Notes: generated from the letters alone by a model not told the origin. Shown: positions 9,529 to 19,007, counted from the first letter of the stretch. The stretch is 21,188 bases of DNA from an uncultured archaeon (GCA_964388035.1 CAYLZE010000083.1:1-21188), one strand, 5' to 3'. Numbers and translations are program-made.

Positions 9529-11802
9529 TTGTTTTTTCAATTACCTGTCATTAGTAAATTAAGAGAAATTGTATTTTCAAATTACAGTGTCCATCCTTTA
9601 TTTTCTATTTGTTTGTTTATTATTATTCCGATAACATTAATATGTGCCTTCACCTGTTTGGCAATCATCCTTCGCAAAATTAGAACGCTGAAAAGAAGTA
9701 ATGGAAAAATGAGGGAGATTAGCAACTATATTCAAGAAGGAGCAAGAATCTATTTAACCCAACAAGGCAAAGTGCTTCTCATTATTTTAATTATCTTATT
9801 TATTCCCGTAGGATTTACAGGAATAGAATTTTCGGAAAACCCCCTTTTGGGGTTTGTTTATACGGGGCTAATTTTCTTTATTGGCGCTCTTAGTTCCCTA
9901 ATTGCTGGCTATATTGGAATGACCACGGCAACTAGGACTAATATTTTAGTAGTGGAAGCTTCGATGCGCGATCCTAATGAAGGATTCAAGTTAGCTTATT
10001 ACGGAGGCATGATCACGGGTATTCTTAATATCTCCTTGTTTATACTTGGTATTTGGATCATTCTCTTGATTTTTAACGGAAACGTGTATCTTATTGTAGG
10101 TTATAGCTTTGGAGCGAGTGTTGCTTCATTACTTGCACAAGTAGGTGGAGGTATCTACACGAAATCCGCGGATATGGGTGCAGACTTGGTAGGAAAGTAT
10201 GAGATGAGCATTAAAGAAGATGATCCGAGCAATCCCGCCATAATAGCAGATTTAGTGGGCGATAATGTGGGGGATTGTGCTGGAAGGGGTGCAGATCTAT
10301 TTGAAAGTGCTTCCTCAGATGTTATCGGAGGTATGGTATTGGGCATAATATTATTTATAATTACGAGCGATCCGATTTTTATCATTGTGAATTTCACGTT
10401 AATTGCTTTAGGAATGGTTTCTCTCTTCTTTACAACTCTCTTTTTGAAAATTGACTTTAAAAAACCTTCAAAAAGTATTTGGAATGTTTTTATTTCCGCT
10501 ACACTCATAAATGTATTAATTTTGTTCATATTAAACTTGGCACTTTTTGGACTCATAGGGATATATTTGTTTTTTGCAAGTTTCGTGGGTCTAATTATCA
10601 TGTTCATCACCATTTTATTTACTATCTATTATACTGACGTTCATTATAAACATACCCGCAAGGTAGCAGATGCAAGTGAAGAAGGGCCCTCTATTAATGT
10701 ATTAGCGGGTATTTCAGCAGGATTGTTCTCTACATTTTGGCCCATTCTGATCTTTGGAGTTGCAGTTATTTTAGCTTTCGTGTTTGGACATATGTTTGCT
10801 ATCACTTATTATACAGAATTCTTGCATTCCAATTTAGTTAACATCTTTGGTGAACCGGTGGATTGGAACTTATATCTTATTTGCTTCGGCATATGGGGGG
10901 TTTCAATGGCGTCCTCTTCCAGTGACACGATTATTAGCACGGTTTTAAGCTTTGATACCTTCGGTCCAATCATCGACAATGCTCATGGCTTGACAGAAAT
11001 GGGCGGGGATGAAGCCACCGAGGAATTAAAATATAATTTAGACCAATTAGATGCCGTGGGAAATACTACTAAGGCAATTGCAAAAGGATTTGCCCTTGTA
11101 TGCGGTGGATTAAGTAGCATCGTTTTATTTCTAACTTTTTTAGTAAATGCTCAATCTCTTGCTAGTGAACTTCCTACTTTTATTCCACAAGCGACTCTTC
11201 TAAATATTTTTGATAACTTGAATCTATTTAATCCCCTCATTATTTTTGGACTTTTAATAGGATTCACGATTCCTTTTTTAATTGCAGCAATGATTTTGCA
11301 TGCCGTTGAAGACGGAGCGAAAGACATGGTACAAGAAGTAAGACGCCAATATAGGGAAATTCCCGGCTTGAAAGAGGGTTTAAGCAAACCTGATTATGGG
11401 AAATGTATTGACATTTCGGCTAAAAATGCTCTTAAAAAAATAATTCAGCCCACGGCTACCGTTGTAATAGTTACACTTTCGATAGGAATTCTATTAGGGC
11501 CTTTAGTTTGTGCGGGATATTTAATCGGAAATCTTTCCGGGTGTCTAATTGTTGGCTTCTTTTTCTCGATCGGCGGAGCATCCTTTGATAATGCAAAGAA
11601 AGCAATTGAAGCAGGACTTCACGGAGGAAAAGGTAGTTTTGCGCACAAATCCGCAATTATTGGGGATACCTTTGGAGATCCCTTAAAAGATTCTGCCGGT
11701 CCCAGCATGAATATCATCATTACTACGGTAAACACGATGGCTCTCACCTTTTTACCGCTTTTCATGATCACGGGCTTTTTATGGAATTTATTTCCGATTT
11801 AA
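9529..11802 (+). CDS. hppA: Membrane-integral ion-translocating pyrophosphatase, K+-independent type, with a divergent ion gate
   Basis: Polytopic membrane protein with GGGIYTKSADMGADLVGK, EDDPSNPAIIADLVGDNVGD, DTFGPIIDNA, LDAVGNTTKA (Lys = K+-independent determinant), EVRRQ, DNAKK and GDTFGDPLKD. The TTG start is uncertain. Confidence 0.95.
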   Translation: MFFQLPVISKLREIVFSNYSVHPLFSICLFIIIPITLICAFTCLAIILRKIRTLKRSNGKMREISNYIQEGARIYLTQQGKVLLIILIILFIPVGFTGIEFSENPLLGFVYTGLIFFIGALSSLIAGYIGMTTATRTNILVVEASMRDPNEGFKLAYYGGMITGILNISLFILGIWIILLIFNGNVYLIVGYSFGASVASLLAQVGGGIYTKSADMGADLVGKYEMSIKEDDPSNPAIIADLVGDNVGDCAGRGADLFESASSDVIGGMVLGIILFIITSDPIFIIVNFTLIALGMVSLFFTTLFLKIDFKKPSKSIWNVFISATLINVLILFILNLALFGLIGIYLFFASFVGLIIMFITILFTIYYTDVHYKHTRKVADASEEGPSINVLAGISAGLFSTFWPILIFGVAVILAFVFGHMFAITYYTEFLHSNLVNIFGEPVDWNLYLICFGIWGVSMASSSSDTIISTVLSFDTFGPIIDNAHGLTEMGGDEATEELKYNLDQLDAVGNTTKAIAKGFALVCGGLSSIVLFLTFLVNAQSLASELPTFIPQATLLNIFDNLNLFNPLIIFGLLIGFTIPFLIAAMILHAVEDGAKDMVQEVRRQYREIPGLKEGLSKPDYGKCIDISAKNALKKIIQPTATVVIVTLSIGILLGPLVCAGYLIGNLSGCLIVGFFFSIGGASFDNAKKAIEAGLHGGKGSFAHKSAIIGDTFGDPLKDSAGPSMNIIITTVNTMALTFLPLFMITGFLWNLFPI

Positions 11803-12114
11803 AGTATCATCATGGATTAAAAAATCATTTTTTTCCTTCTCTTTCTGCACTATTTGGATCAATAATTCAACATTTTTAAAATTTAATTCAGGATTTACAT
11901 CGAATACTTAAACTTAGATTTTAAAATCATCCAAAACTGGGGAACGTTATCTAAAATCACGCTTTTACACTATAGATAACTATCTCTTGAAGAAAAAAAC
12001 CTCTTACTGTGAAGTTGGAATCGCCTTATCTTAAACAAAGAAGTTATAAAAGATTTAACAACTAATACAATCATATAGGTTAGTTTTTTTAAAAAATCGT
12101 ATAGTAGGATCTTT

Positions 12115-13626
12115 ATGAGAATTTTATATATAGATATTGACACGACAAGAGCGGATCATTTGGGTTGCTACGGCTATCAACGGGATACTACTCCAAATAT
12201 CGATAAAATTGCTAAAGAAGGAACCATCTTTACGGAATGTTATGCATCGGATGCTCCTTGTCTCCCTTCAAGGGCCTCCTTATTCATGGGACAATTTGGA
12301 ATACATACCGGCGTGGTTGGACATGGGGGAACCGCGGCTGATTTGGCCATCAGTGGGAAATATAGAGGATTCATGGATGCTAAATATTATAATTTCTGGA
12401 TTAATCTTCTTAGAAAAGCTCGTTATTACACGGTTTCAGTATCCCCTTTTGCGGAACGTCATTCTGCTTATTGGTTTTGCTCGGGATGGAATGAAATGTA
12501 TAATCCCGGTAAAAAAGGTCTTGAAACTGCTGATATGGTATATCCTTACGTGTATAATTGGTTAAATAAAAAGGGAAAAGAAGACAATTGGTTTTTACAT
12601 GTCAACACGTGGGACCCCCACACCCCCTATCGATCGCCTTTAGAATATGAAAATCCTTTTGAAAAGGATCCCTCACCGGGATGGATGACTCAAGAGATCA
12701 TTGATCAACACCGACAAAGCTATGGACCTCATTCTGCAAGAGATATTTGGGGAATCGGTTCGCCAAGAGAAACTAAATTTTTCATGAAAATTTTTCCCAG
12801 GGCGAGAATAGCAGAGATTGAAACAATCGAAGATTATAAAAGATGGGTTAATGAGTATGATGTAGGGATCCATTATGCCGATAACATGGTGGGGAAAATC
12901 GTAGAAAATCTTAAAGATTTAGAAGTTTATGATGATACCCTCATCATGATCAGTTCGGATCACGGAGAAAGCCAAGGTGAGCTAAATATATATGGGGATC
13001 ATTGTACCGCAGATCATATCATAAATAGGATACCCATGGTAATTAAATGGCCTGGTAAGGAATGGAACAAGAAATACGAATCTTTAATTTATCAATCGGA
13101 TATTGCTGCTACTTTAATTGAAAGTTGTGGACTAAAAGTTCCTAAAATATGGGATGGAACAAGTTATTACAAGCAAATTCAGAACAAAGAAGATTTCGGG
13201 AGGAATTATTTAGTTATAAGTCAAAACACGTGGAGTTGCCAGAGGACGGTTAGATTTAAGAATTGGAGCTTTATTCGAACATATCACACGGGACTAAAGG
13301 ATTTTCCAAAATACATGTTATATGATTATGATAAAGATTTTCACATGGTTAACAATCTCGCGGATATTAAAACTGATGTTAAAAATGAAGGCGTGAAACT
13401 TTTAGATGAATGGCACGCAGAAATGATGAAAAGCTCCCAATCAGATATAGATCCTATGTGGACTGTAATTTACGAAGGTGGGCCTCATCATACCCGATAT
13501 GACTTGCAACAATATCTTAAACGACTGAAAGATTCTGGAAGGGAACATTTAATCCCCAAAATACTAGAAAGAAATGAAGCTTATCTGACTCCGGATGAAA
13601 CCAAGGGGGGCTCTTATAATGTATGA
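12115..13626 (+). CDS. Sulfatase family protein (formylglycine-dependent, Cys-type)
   Basis: DIDTTRADHLGCYG, signature CLPSRASLFMG (CxPxR), WDPHTPY and SSDHGE. No signal peptide. Confidence 0.93.
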   Translation: MRILYIDIDTTRADHLGCYGYQRDTTPNIDKIAKEGTIFTECYASDAPCLPSRASLFMGQFGIHTGVVGHGGTAADLAISGKYRGFMDAKYYNFWINLLRKARYYTVSVSPFAERHSAYWFCSGWNEMYNPGKKGLETADMVYPYVYNWLNKKGKEDNWFLHVNTWDPHTPYRSPLEYENPFEKDPSPGWMTQEIIDQHRQSYGPHSARDIWGIGSPRETKFFMKIFPRARIAEIETIEDYKRWVNEYDVGIHYADNMVGKIVENLKDLEVYDDTLIMISSDHGESQGELNIYGDHCTADHIINRIPMVIKWPGKEWNKKYESLIYQSDIAATLIESCGLKVPKIWDGTSYYKQIQNKEDFGRNYLVISQNTWSCQRTVRFKNWSFIRTYHTGLKDFPKYMLYDYDKDFHMVNNLADIKTDVKNEGVKLLDEWHAEMMKSSQSDIDPMWTVIYEGGPHHTRYDLQQYLKRLKDSGREHLIPKILERNEAYLTPDETKGGSYNV

Positions 13627-13805
13627 AGAAAAAAGGCAAATGTTCTATTTAATTACTTCTATTAATAAAAGGTTTAAAATTGAACATTCTGTACTCTTCT
13701 AAGGTTTCATATCTTACAAATTTGCATGAAAGGTTAATTCGAATTATTTAATTTTTTATATATCTTCTATTAATTAAAATACATACCTTAAAAGTTAGAG
13801 CAATC

Positions 13806-15083
13806 ATGAGTAAACCAATTTCTAAAAAAATTATACTTTCAATAATGCTGATGAAATTTGCTGGTGAAATAGCTTGGGCAGTAGAGAATCAATATTTCAA
13901 TGTATTCATGTATAACGTGATTGCCCCTGTCCCCATTTACGTCTCATGGATGGTTGCAATAACAACTATAGTTGGAACCTTATCAGCAATCATTTTAGGC
14001 TCATATAGCGACGTTAAAGGAAAAAGAAAATCGATCATTGTTCTTGGTTTTATTTTCTTTGGAATCACCACTGCCATTTTCCCAATTGCTGCTTTTTTAC
14101 ATCCCATATTATTGGCTGTGTTTATAGCTATCCTTTTTGATTGCATCATGACATTCTTTGGATCGATGGCTCTTAATGCAGGGTTTAATTCATATATAAC
14201 GGATATCACCACAGTTAAGACCAGAGCAAAAGTGATGAGTGTTGCACAAATAATGTTTTTACTTGCTTTATTGCTCACTTATGGCGCATCGGGATTTTTA
14301 ATCACTGCTGTGGGATATTTTGCTTATTTTTATGTGATTGGGGGCATAGTATTAGTTATTGGGCTTGCAGGAAGCTTGCTCGTTCAAGACGATCCGGATT
14401 TAATGCCTTTAAAAACTACTACTTGGAAGCATATTAAAAGCACCTTCCAAAAAGACAAACTTAGTAAATACAAGAATTTTCTGGTGCTCTTAGTAGCCAT
14501 GGCAATCTGGCAAACTGGCCTCAATATCTTTTTTCCTTTCTTACTCGTCTACCTTCAACATTATATCGGTATCACAATTGTCACTTCGTCCATTATTGTT
14601 TTTATAGCAATACTCGTCTCTGTTATAATGGGCTATCCCATTGGAATAATAATTAATAAAATGGGAAGGAAAAAAATGGCAATCATCTCCACGTTGCTTA
14701 TAGGGATCTTTCTAATATTATTTTCGATGGTGACCGAATTGATTCTTCTGCTAATTTTTGGTACTATATGGTTTTTATTTTATACGGCATGGACGATTTC
14801 TACCTACACTTGGGTTAAGGATCTTTATCCTGATGAGAGCAGGGGGCAATTTAGCGGTTATTTCAACCTTTTCAACGCTACAATTCCCATGGTAATCGGA
14901 TCGTTTATAGGAGGCTGGTTGGCATCCGCATATGGAATCCCTACGGTTCAAGAGGGCATTGAGGGAACGATTCCCACACCACTCGTCTTTTTGGTGGGTG
15001 GTATCGTGATCTTAGCATCAATAGTCATACATTTCTTTATAAAGGAAGTGGAAATTAAAGAAGCTTTAATCAAGGACGTTTAA
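13806..15083 (+). CDS. MFS transporter
   Basis: About 12 hydrophobic helices; motif A-like GSYSDVKGKRK and NKMGRKK; DLYPDESRGQFSG. Confidence 0.92.
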   Translation: MSKPISKKIILSIMLMKFAGEIAWAVENQYFNVFMYNVIAPVPIYVSWMVAITTIVGTLSAIILGSYSDVKGKRKSIIVLGFIFFGITTAIFPIAAFLHPILLAVFIAILFDCIMTFFGSMALNAGFNSYITDITTVKTRAKVMSVAQIMFLLALLLTYGASGFLITAVGYFAYFYVIGGIVLVIGLAGSLLVQDDPDLMPLKTTTWKHIKSTFQKDKLSKYKNFLVLLVAMAIWQTGLNIFFPFLLVYLQHYIGITIVTSSIIVFIAILVSVIMGYPIGIIINKMGRKKMAIISTLLIGIFLILFSMVTELILLLIFGTIWFLFYTAWTISTYTWVKDLYPDESRGQFSGYFNLFNATIPMVIGSFIGGWLASAYGIPTVQEGIEGTIPTPLVFLVGGIVILASIVIHFFIKEVEIKEALIKDV

Positions 15084-15096
15084 TTAATGAAAAACC

Positions 15097-15112
15097 TTTT
15101 TATTTTTTTTTT
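15097..15112 (+). terminator. Oligo-T tract after the MFS gene, in a convergent terminator region
   Basis: T5-A-T10 just after the stop at 15083. A-runs near 15224-15241 could serve the opposite strand. Confidence 0.45.
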
Positions 15113-15255
15113 AACATTCGGTTCAGTTAAACTCTTGAAAAAATGAATAAATTTAGGAATAGCGGTAAAAAATTTTTTTTTAAAAGCTCTTCACTCAATT
15201 CTCTTATTTTTCACGTAATAAATAAAAAGTAGTAAAAAAAAGAAATTGTCTATCA

Positions 15256-16728
15256 TTAACTTGATGATTCTTCTTGAAGCCCTATATTAATCAACTTAGC
15301 CTTTATTTCTAACATTTCTTTAGGAGTTAGTTTCCATTGAAAGTAAAAATATATCGCAGCAAAAACAATGAAAATCATGGGAACAAGTGCAATCTGCGCG
15401 CGGATTCCGAACGTGGCTAAGGGGCTCTGATTAATACCCGCAGCAACATTATAATCAGTAAAGACATCATGAATTAACCACAGGGATAGGGCCATTACAA
15501 TTTGACCAAATTGAGAGACGAACATGAGAATTGCATTATATTTTGAATCGACTCTGCGTCCCTCACGGACAGATCCTTCATCAATCATGTCCGATAGAAT
15601 TGGGACAAGAACAACACCAATTAAGCCCGCTGCAGCTCCAAGAAAAGCTCCCACGATCATGGCACCTATTAAACTAGAAACAAACAGAAAGGGGATTAAG
15701 CAGATTGGCCAAATGATAAGTGCAAATTTAAAAATTTTCGCCTGACCGTATTTTTTAATTAAATATAAATAAAGGGGGATCAATACAATTCCGGCTACAG
15801 TGAAAGGAACTGCAAGTAGAGTCACGATGGAGGCAGCAATTCCAGGTTCATATTTTAGGACCACAGTAACAAAATACGTAAGAGACGGAGCAAATACATT
15901 TCCAAACACAGAATTGGCGATTGTAAAAATAAGAAATGCCCGAAAATTCGTATTTTTAAGGCCACGTCCCAATACCTTGAAAAATTCCTTAAAGTCACCC
16001 CAACCTCCCAAAGATTCTACATTATCCACTATCTTTCGATTCAATACTTTTTCACTATCTCTTGCTCCCGGAAAAGATAAAATAATTAAAACAATTCCTA
16101 TTATCACGAACAAACCAATTGTATAGATGTAAGCGGTTGCATTTTCAATCCCACCAAAAAGAGAAATGAAAATGCCTCCCGTAACCGCCCCGAATACTCC
16201 ACCTAGAGTTCCGATAACGGTTTGGAATGCACCAATTTTCCTCCTATCAACATCAGAGCGAAATTTATCGGACCGAATGGCAGCAATTGAGACCGTCCAA
16301 AAAGCAAGTAATCCATCATAAATGAATAAAATAGCAAGAAAGTAAATAAATGTCAGCCAAGCATTCCATATATTGACACTGGGAGGTGTAAAGACGAGAA
16401 AAGTCAGGATACCAAAAGGTATGGCCGTCATTAAAACAAATGGAAATCGTCTTCCCCACCGTTTAGTAAAAGAATAGGTTTTATCCGTATATATTCCGGC
16501 AATGAGTTCATTCAAGGAGTCCCATACGGTGAATATGGTCAGCGCAATGAAGTAAAGGAAGGTAGGCAAGCCTATAACGTTTTCATAATAAAAAGGCATC
16601 CATACCCACAACACGTTGGTCATTATTCCCAATGCTGCGCTTGCAAGGCTAAAAGAAAGTAAAATCTTAGTGGGGTAGATTTGCTGGGTTACATATTTTT
16701 CTGCATCTTCAACAACCATTTTAATCAC
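15256..16728 (-). CDS. MFS transporter, glycoside-pentoside-hexuronide (GPH/MelB-like) cation symporter family
   Basis: WDSLNELIAGIYTDKT...RWGRRFPF, SDMIDE...GRR and QSPLATFGIR; 12 TM-like segments. The real start is probably ATG 16719, with GTGA as the RBS. Confidence 0.9.
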   Translation of the reverse strand: MIKMVVEDAEKYVTQQIYPTKILLSFSLASAALGIMTNVLWVWMPFYYENVIGLPTFLYFIALTIFTVWDSLNELIAGIYTDKTYSFTKRWGRRFPFVLMTAIPFGILTFLVFTPPSVNIWNAWLTFIYFLAILFIYDGLLAFWTVSIAAIRSDKFRSDVDRRKIGAFQTVIGTLGGVFGAVTGGIFISLFGGIENATAYIYTIGLFVIIGIVLIILSFPGARDSEKVLNRKIVDNVESLGGWGDFKEFFKVLGRGLKNTNFRAFLIFTIANSVFGNVFAPSLTYFVTVVLKYEPGIAASIVTLLAVPFTVAGIVLIPLYLYLIKKYGQAKIFKFALIIWPICLIPFLFVSSLIGAMIVGAFLGAAAGLIGVVLVPILSDMIDEGSVREGRRVDSKYNAILMFVSQFGQIVMALSLWLIHDVFTDYNVAAGINQSPLATFGIRAQIALVPMIFIVFAAIYFYFQWKLTPKEMLEIKAKLINIGLQEESSS

Positions 16729-16792
16729 GAATAATTTATTAGTTGATTAGGTTAATTTAGGCAAAATCCTATTTAAAATGTACGCTTACAAA

Positions 16793-18460
16793 TTACTTTA
16801 AATTTTTTTTTAGAAACCTCATCATTTTGAAAAAATCACGCGCTCGTCTACTTCTGTCCTCAAGACCTATATTATGCCCGGCTTGGTTGTATTCTATATA
16901 TTTATAGGGATGATTTTTTTCTTTTAATTTTTCAACGAATAACCGGATTGGCTCAATTGGACATCTTGAATCTTGATCCCCCGCTACAATCATAACAGGT
17001 GCTTTAATATTATCCACATGAGTGATGGGGGAGCGATCGCGATATAAATCTTCCTTTTCATCAGGAGTTCCTCCAAAGAGCAAGTCAAGTCTATTGGCAA
17101 TGAGGTGTTTGTAGTCTTCAATCCAATCAATCACGGGAACTAAGGATAATCCCGCTTTAAATACATCTGGTTTTTTGACTAACGCATAGAGTGTCATGTA
17201 TCCCCCATAAGATGCTCCTACAATGCCTATTTGATCATTATGAATTTCAGGCTGAGCTTGTAACCACTTGGCGGCATGAACAATATCATCTAAATCTCCT
17301 CCTCCTAAATCACCTATATTCAGTTTTTGAAATTCCGAGCCATACCCCGTAGAACCCCGATAATTGACAGCAAACACACCAAATCCACTATTTGCGATAG
17401 ACTGCAAGTAGACTCCTTGAGACCATTCATCAAAAACTTGATCTGTAGGGCCCCCATGTACAAATACCAATCCCTGAGAGGGCTCATTTGCTTCTTTTTT
17501 CGCGGGGATATACCATCCATGAATTTTTCTATTATCGTAAGAAGGATACCAGATGGATTGCGGTTGGCAAAGAATTTTTAATATCTCGATATTATAATGC
17601 GGAGGAGTTACTAATTGTATCGCATTAGTCCCTACTTGATATTTATAGATTGACCCCGGAGAAATCATGGAAGAATGGTAACCTACCAAACATTTTCCGT
17701 CTTTGCTTAGCTTTATCTCTTCAATTTGCCCTTTTGGAAAGGGAATGGCATCATTAATCTCATTGTTTAATGAATGCTCTCTCACAAAAGAGCGTCCATG
17801 TTTACTTACAATATAATAGATGCCTTGCTCATTGGGCATCCAACAGCAATGAGAAAAATTTTGTGCCTCTTCTTGTTCCTGTACATTCAAAAAGATTTCT
17901 TCAGAATTATTTACCTTTTTAATGAGAATTTGCTTGTTGCCTTTAGCGTTAGTTTGAAAAGCTATCCACTTATCGGTAGGAGACCAAACTGCGGAATTTT
18001 CTTCAGAATTTTCCTCAAAATTATAATAGATGACATCTTCCGGATCCTTGCGATTTATCAATTGGATTTCGGCACCTTTTTCAGTCGATGCTGTAACAGC
18101 AATCCATTTCCCATCATGTGAATAATCCAAGTCAATGAACCCATAAGTGTTCTCTTTAAGGACAAAGGACTCTTTTGATTCCAAATTTATTGTTTCTATG
18201 CCCATGTATGGACCTTCCGCAAAGGATCGACTTACTTCCTTTCCATTGGGATGCCATCCAAGTGCCCAAGATACGAAGGCTTTAGAAGTTATTTGAATGG
18301 GTTGTTGAGCCTCCTTTTCTAAAGGGAGGAGATACAAATGGTGTCTTTCATCTCCATGAGATTCTTGAGGAAATAGTACAATGTCTTCTTGAGGTGAAAT
18401 TAGGAATCGGGTGATTTGTTCCTTAAAAGTAAGTTGTTTAGCTTTATTTTCTTCTGTCAA
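16793..18460 (-). CDS. S9C family peptidase (acylaminoacyl-peptidase / prolyl oligopeptidase-like); true start probably further upstream
   Basis: VHGGP, NYRGSTGYG, GASYGGY, DQDSRC and AGH catalytic motifs, plus propeller repeats (WHPNG, YSHDG, WSPTD). The frame stays open and protein-like upstream to 18586. Confidence 0.92.
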   Translation of the reverse strand: MTEENKAKQLTFKEQITRFLISPQEDIVLFPQESHGDERHHLYLLPLEKEAQQPIQITSKAFVSWALGWHPNGKEVSRSFAEGPYMGIETINLESKESFVLKENTYGFIDLDYSHDGKWIAVTASTEKGAEIQLINRKDPEDVIYYNFEENSEENSAVWSPTDKWIAFQTNAKGNKQILIKKVNNSEEIFLNVQEQEEAQNFSHCCWMPNEQGIYYIVSKHGRSFVREHSLNNEINDAIPFPKGQIEEIKLSKDGKCLVGYHSSMISPGSIYKYQVGTNAIQLVTPPHYNIEILKILCQPQSIWYPSYDNRKIHGWYIPAKKEANEPSQGLVFVHGGPTDQVFDEWSQGVYLQSIANSGFGVFAVNYRGSTGYGSEFQKLNIGDLGGGDLDDIVHAAKWLQAQPEIHNDQIGIVGASYGGYMTLYALVKKPDVFKAGLSLVPVIDWIEDYKHLIANRLDLLFGGTPDEKEDLYRDRSPITHVDNIKAPVMIVAGDQDSRCPIEPIRLFVEKLKEKNHPYKYIEYNQAGHNIGLEDRSRRARDFFKMMRFLKKNLK

Positions 18461-18644
18461 TTTCTTGCAAAATATTTGGGGGATCCCCGGCTCGTTAGAG
18501 ATATAAAAAATTTGTTCTTTTTTTGAAGCTAAATCAAAATGTCCGATGATAGGGATGGTTAATATATCGAAAAATGAAATGTATAGTCATCTCAATTAGT
18601 ATCTTTTCCATTTCAGTAAACTATGCTAAATTGAATATTTTAGC

Positions 18645-18660
18645 ATTTATAATTTTTTTT
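18645..18660 (-). promoter_or_regulatory. Putative BRE/TATA (AAAAAAAATTATAAAT on the minus strand) for the S9C peptidase transcription unit
   Basis: A purine run followed by TTATAAAT, about 35 nt upstream of ATG 18611. Confidence 0.4.
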
Positions 18661-19007
18661 ATAGGGGTTATTTTACTAAATAATGAATTTAAGTAGCTTC
18701 CTATCATCAAGGTAGCAATAGGGAAAAAAATCAATAGGGAATTCAACAAGATAAATTAAACAATTTCTCCTCTTTTTTTGTTTCAATATTTCATGTCTCT
18801 TTTCATGAGTTTTTCTTGCAAGAGTTTCAGATAATACTTAATTAACGAAATCGGCATGTCACATTCATTCCTATAATCGGATTTTTTTATAAAAAAATTA
18901 AGTAAATTTTAGATGATAAGAAAACTCTTACATTTATAACTGATACTTAGGATAAAATTGTTAACACATGTAAAAATTATAATAAAAAAAAGAAAAGATG
19001 CCTATCA

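Noticed and set aside
11946-11980. Inverted repeat GTTATCTA-N19-TAGATAAC
   Set aside because: Single occurrence with a long spacer and AT-rich arms; no second copy or transposase to suggest MITE ends.
18716-18898. Short direct repeat CAATAGGGA (x2) and a T7-ATA7-type palindrome in the peptidase/amidohydrolase intergenic region
   Set aside because: Too short and low-complexity; not a CRISPR or iteron-like array.
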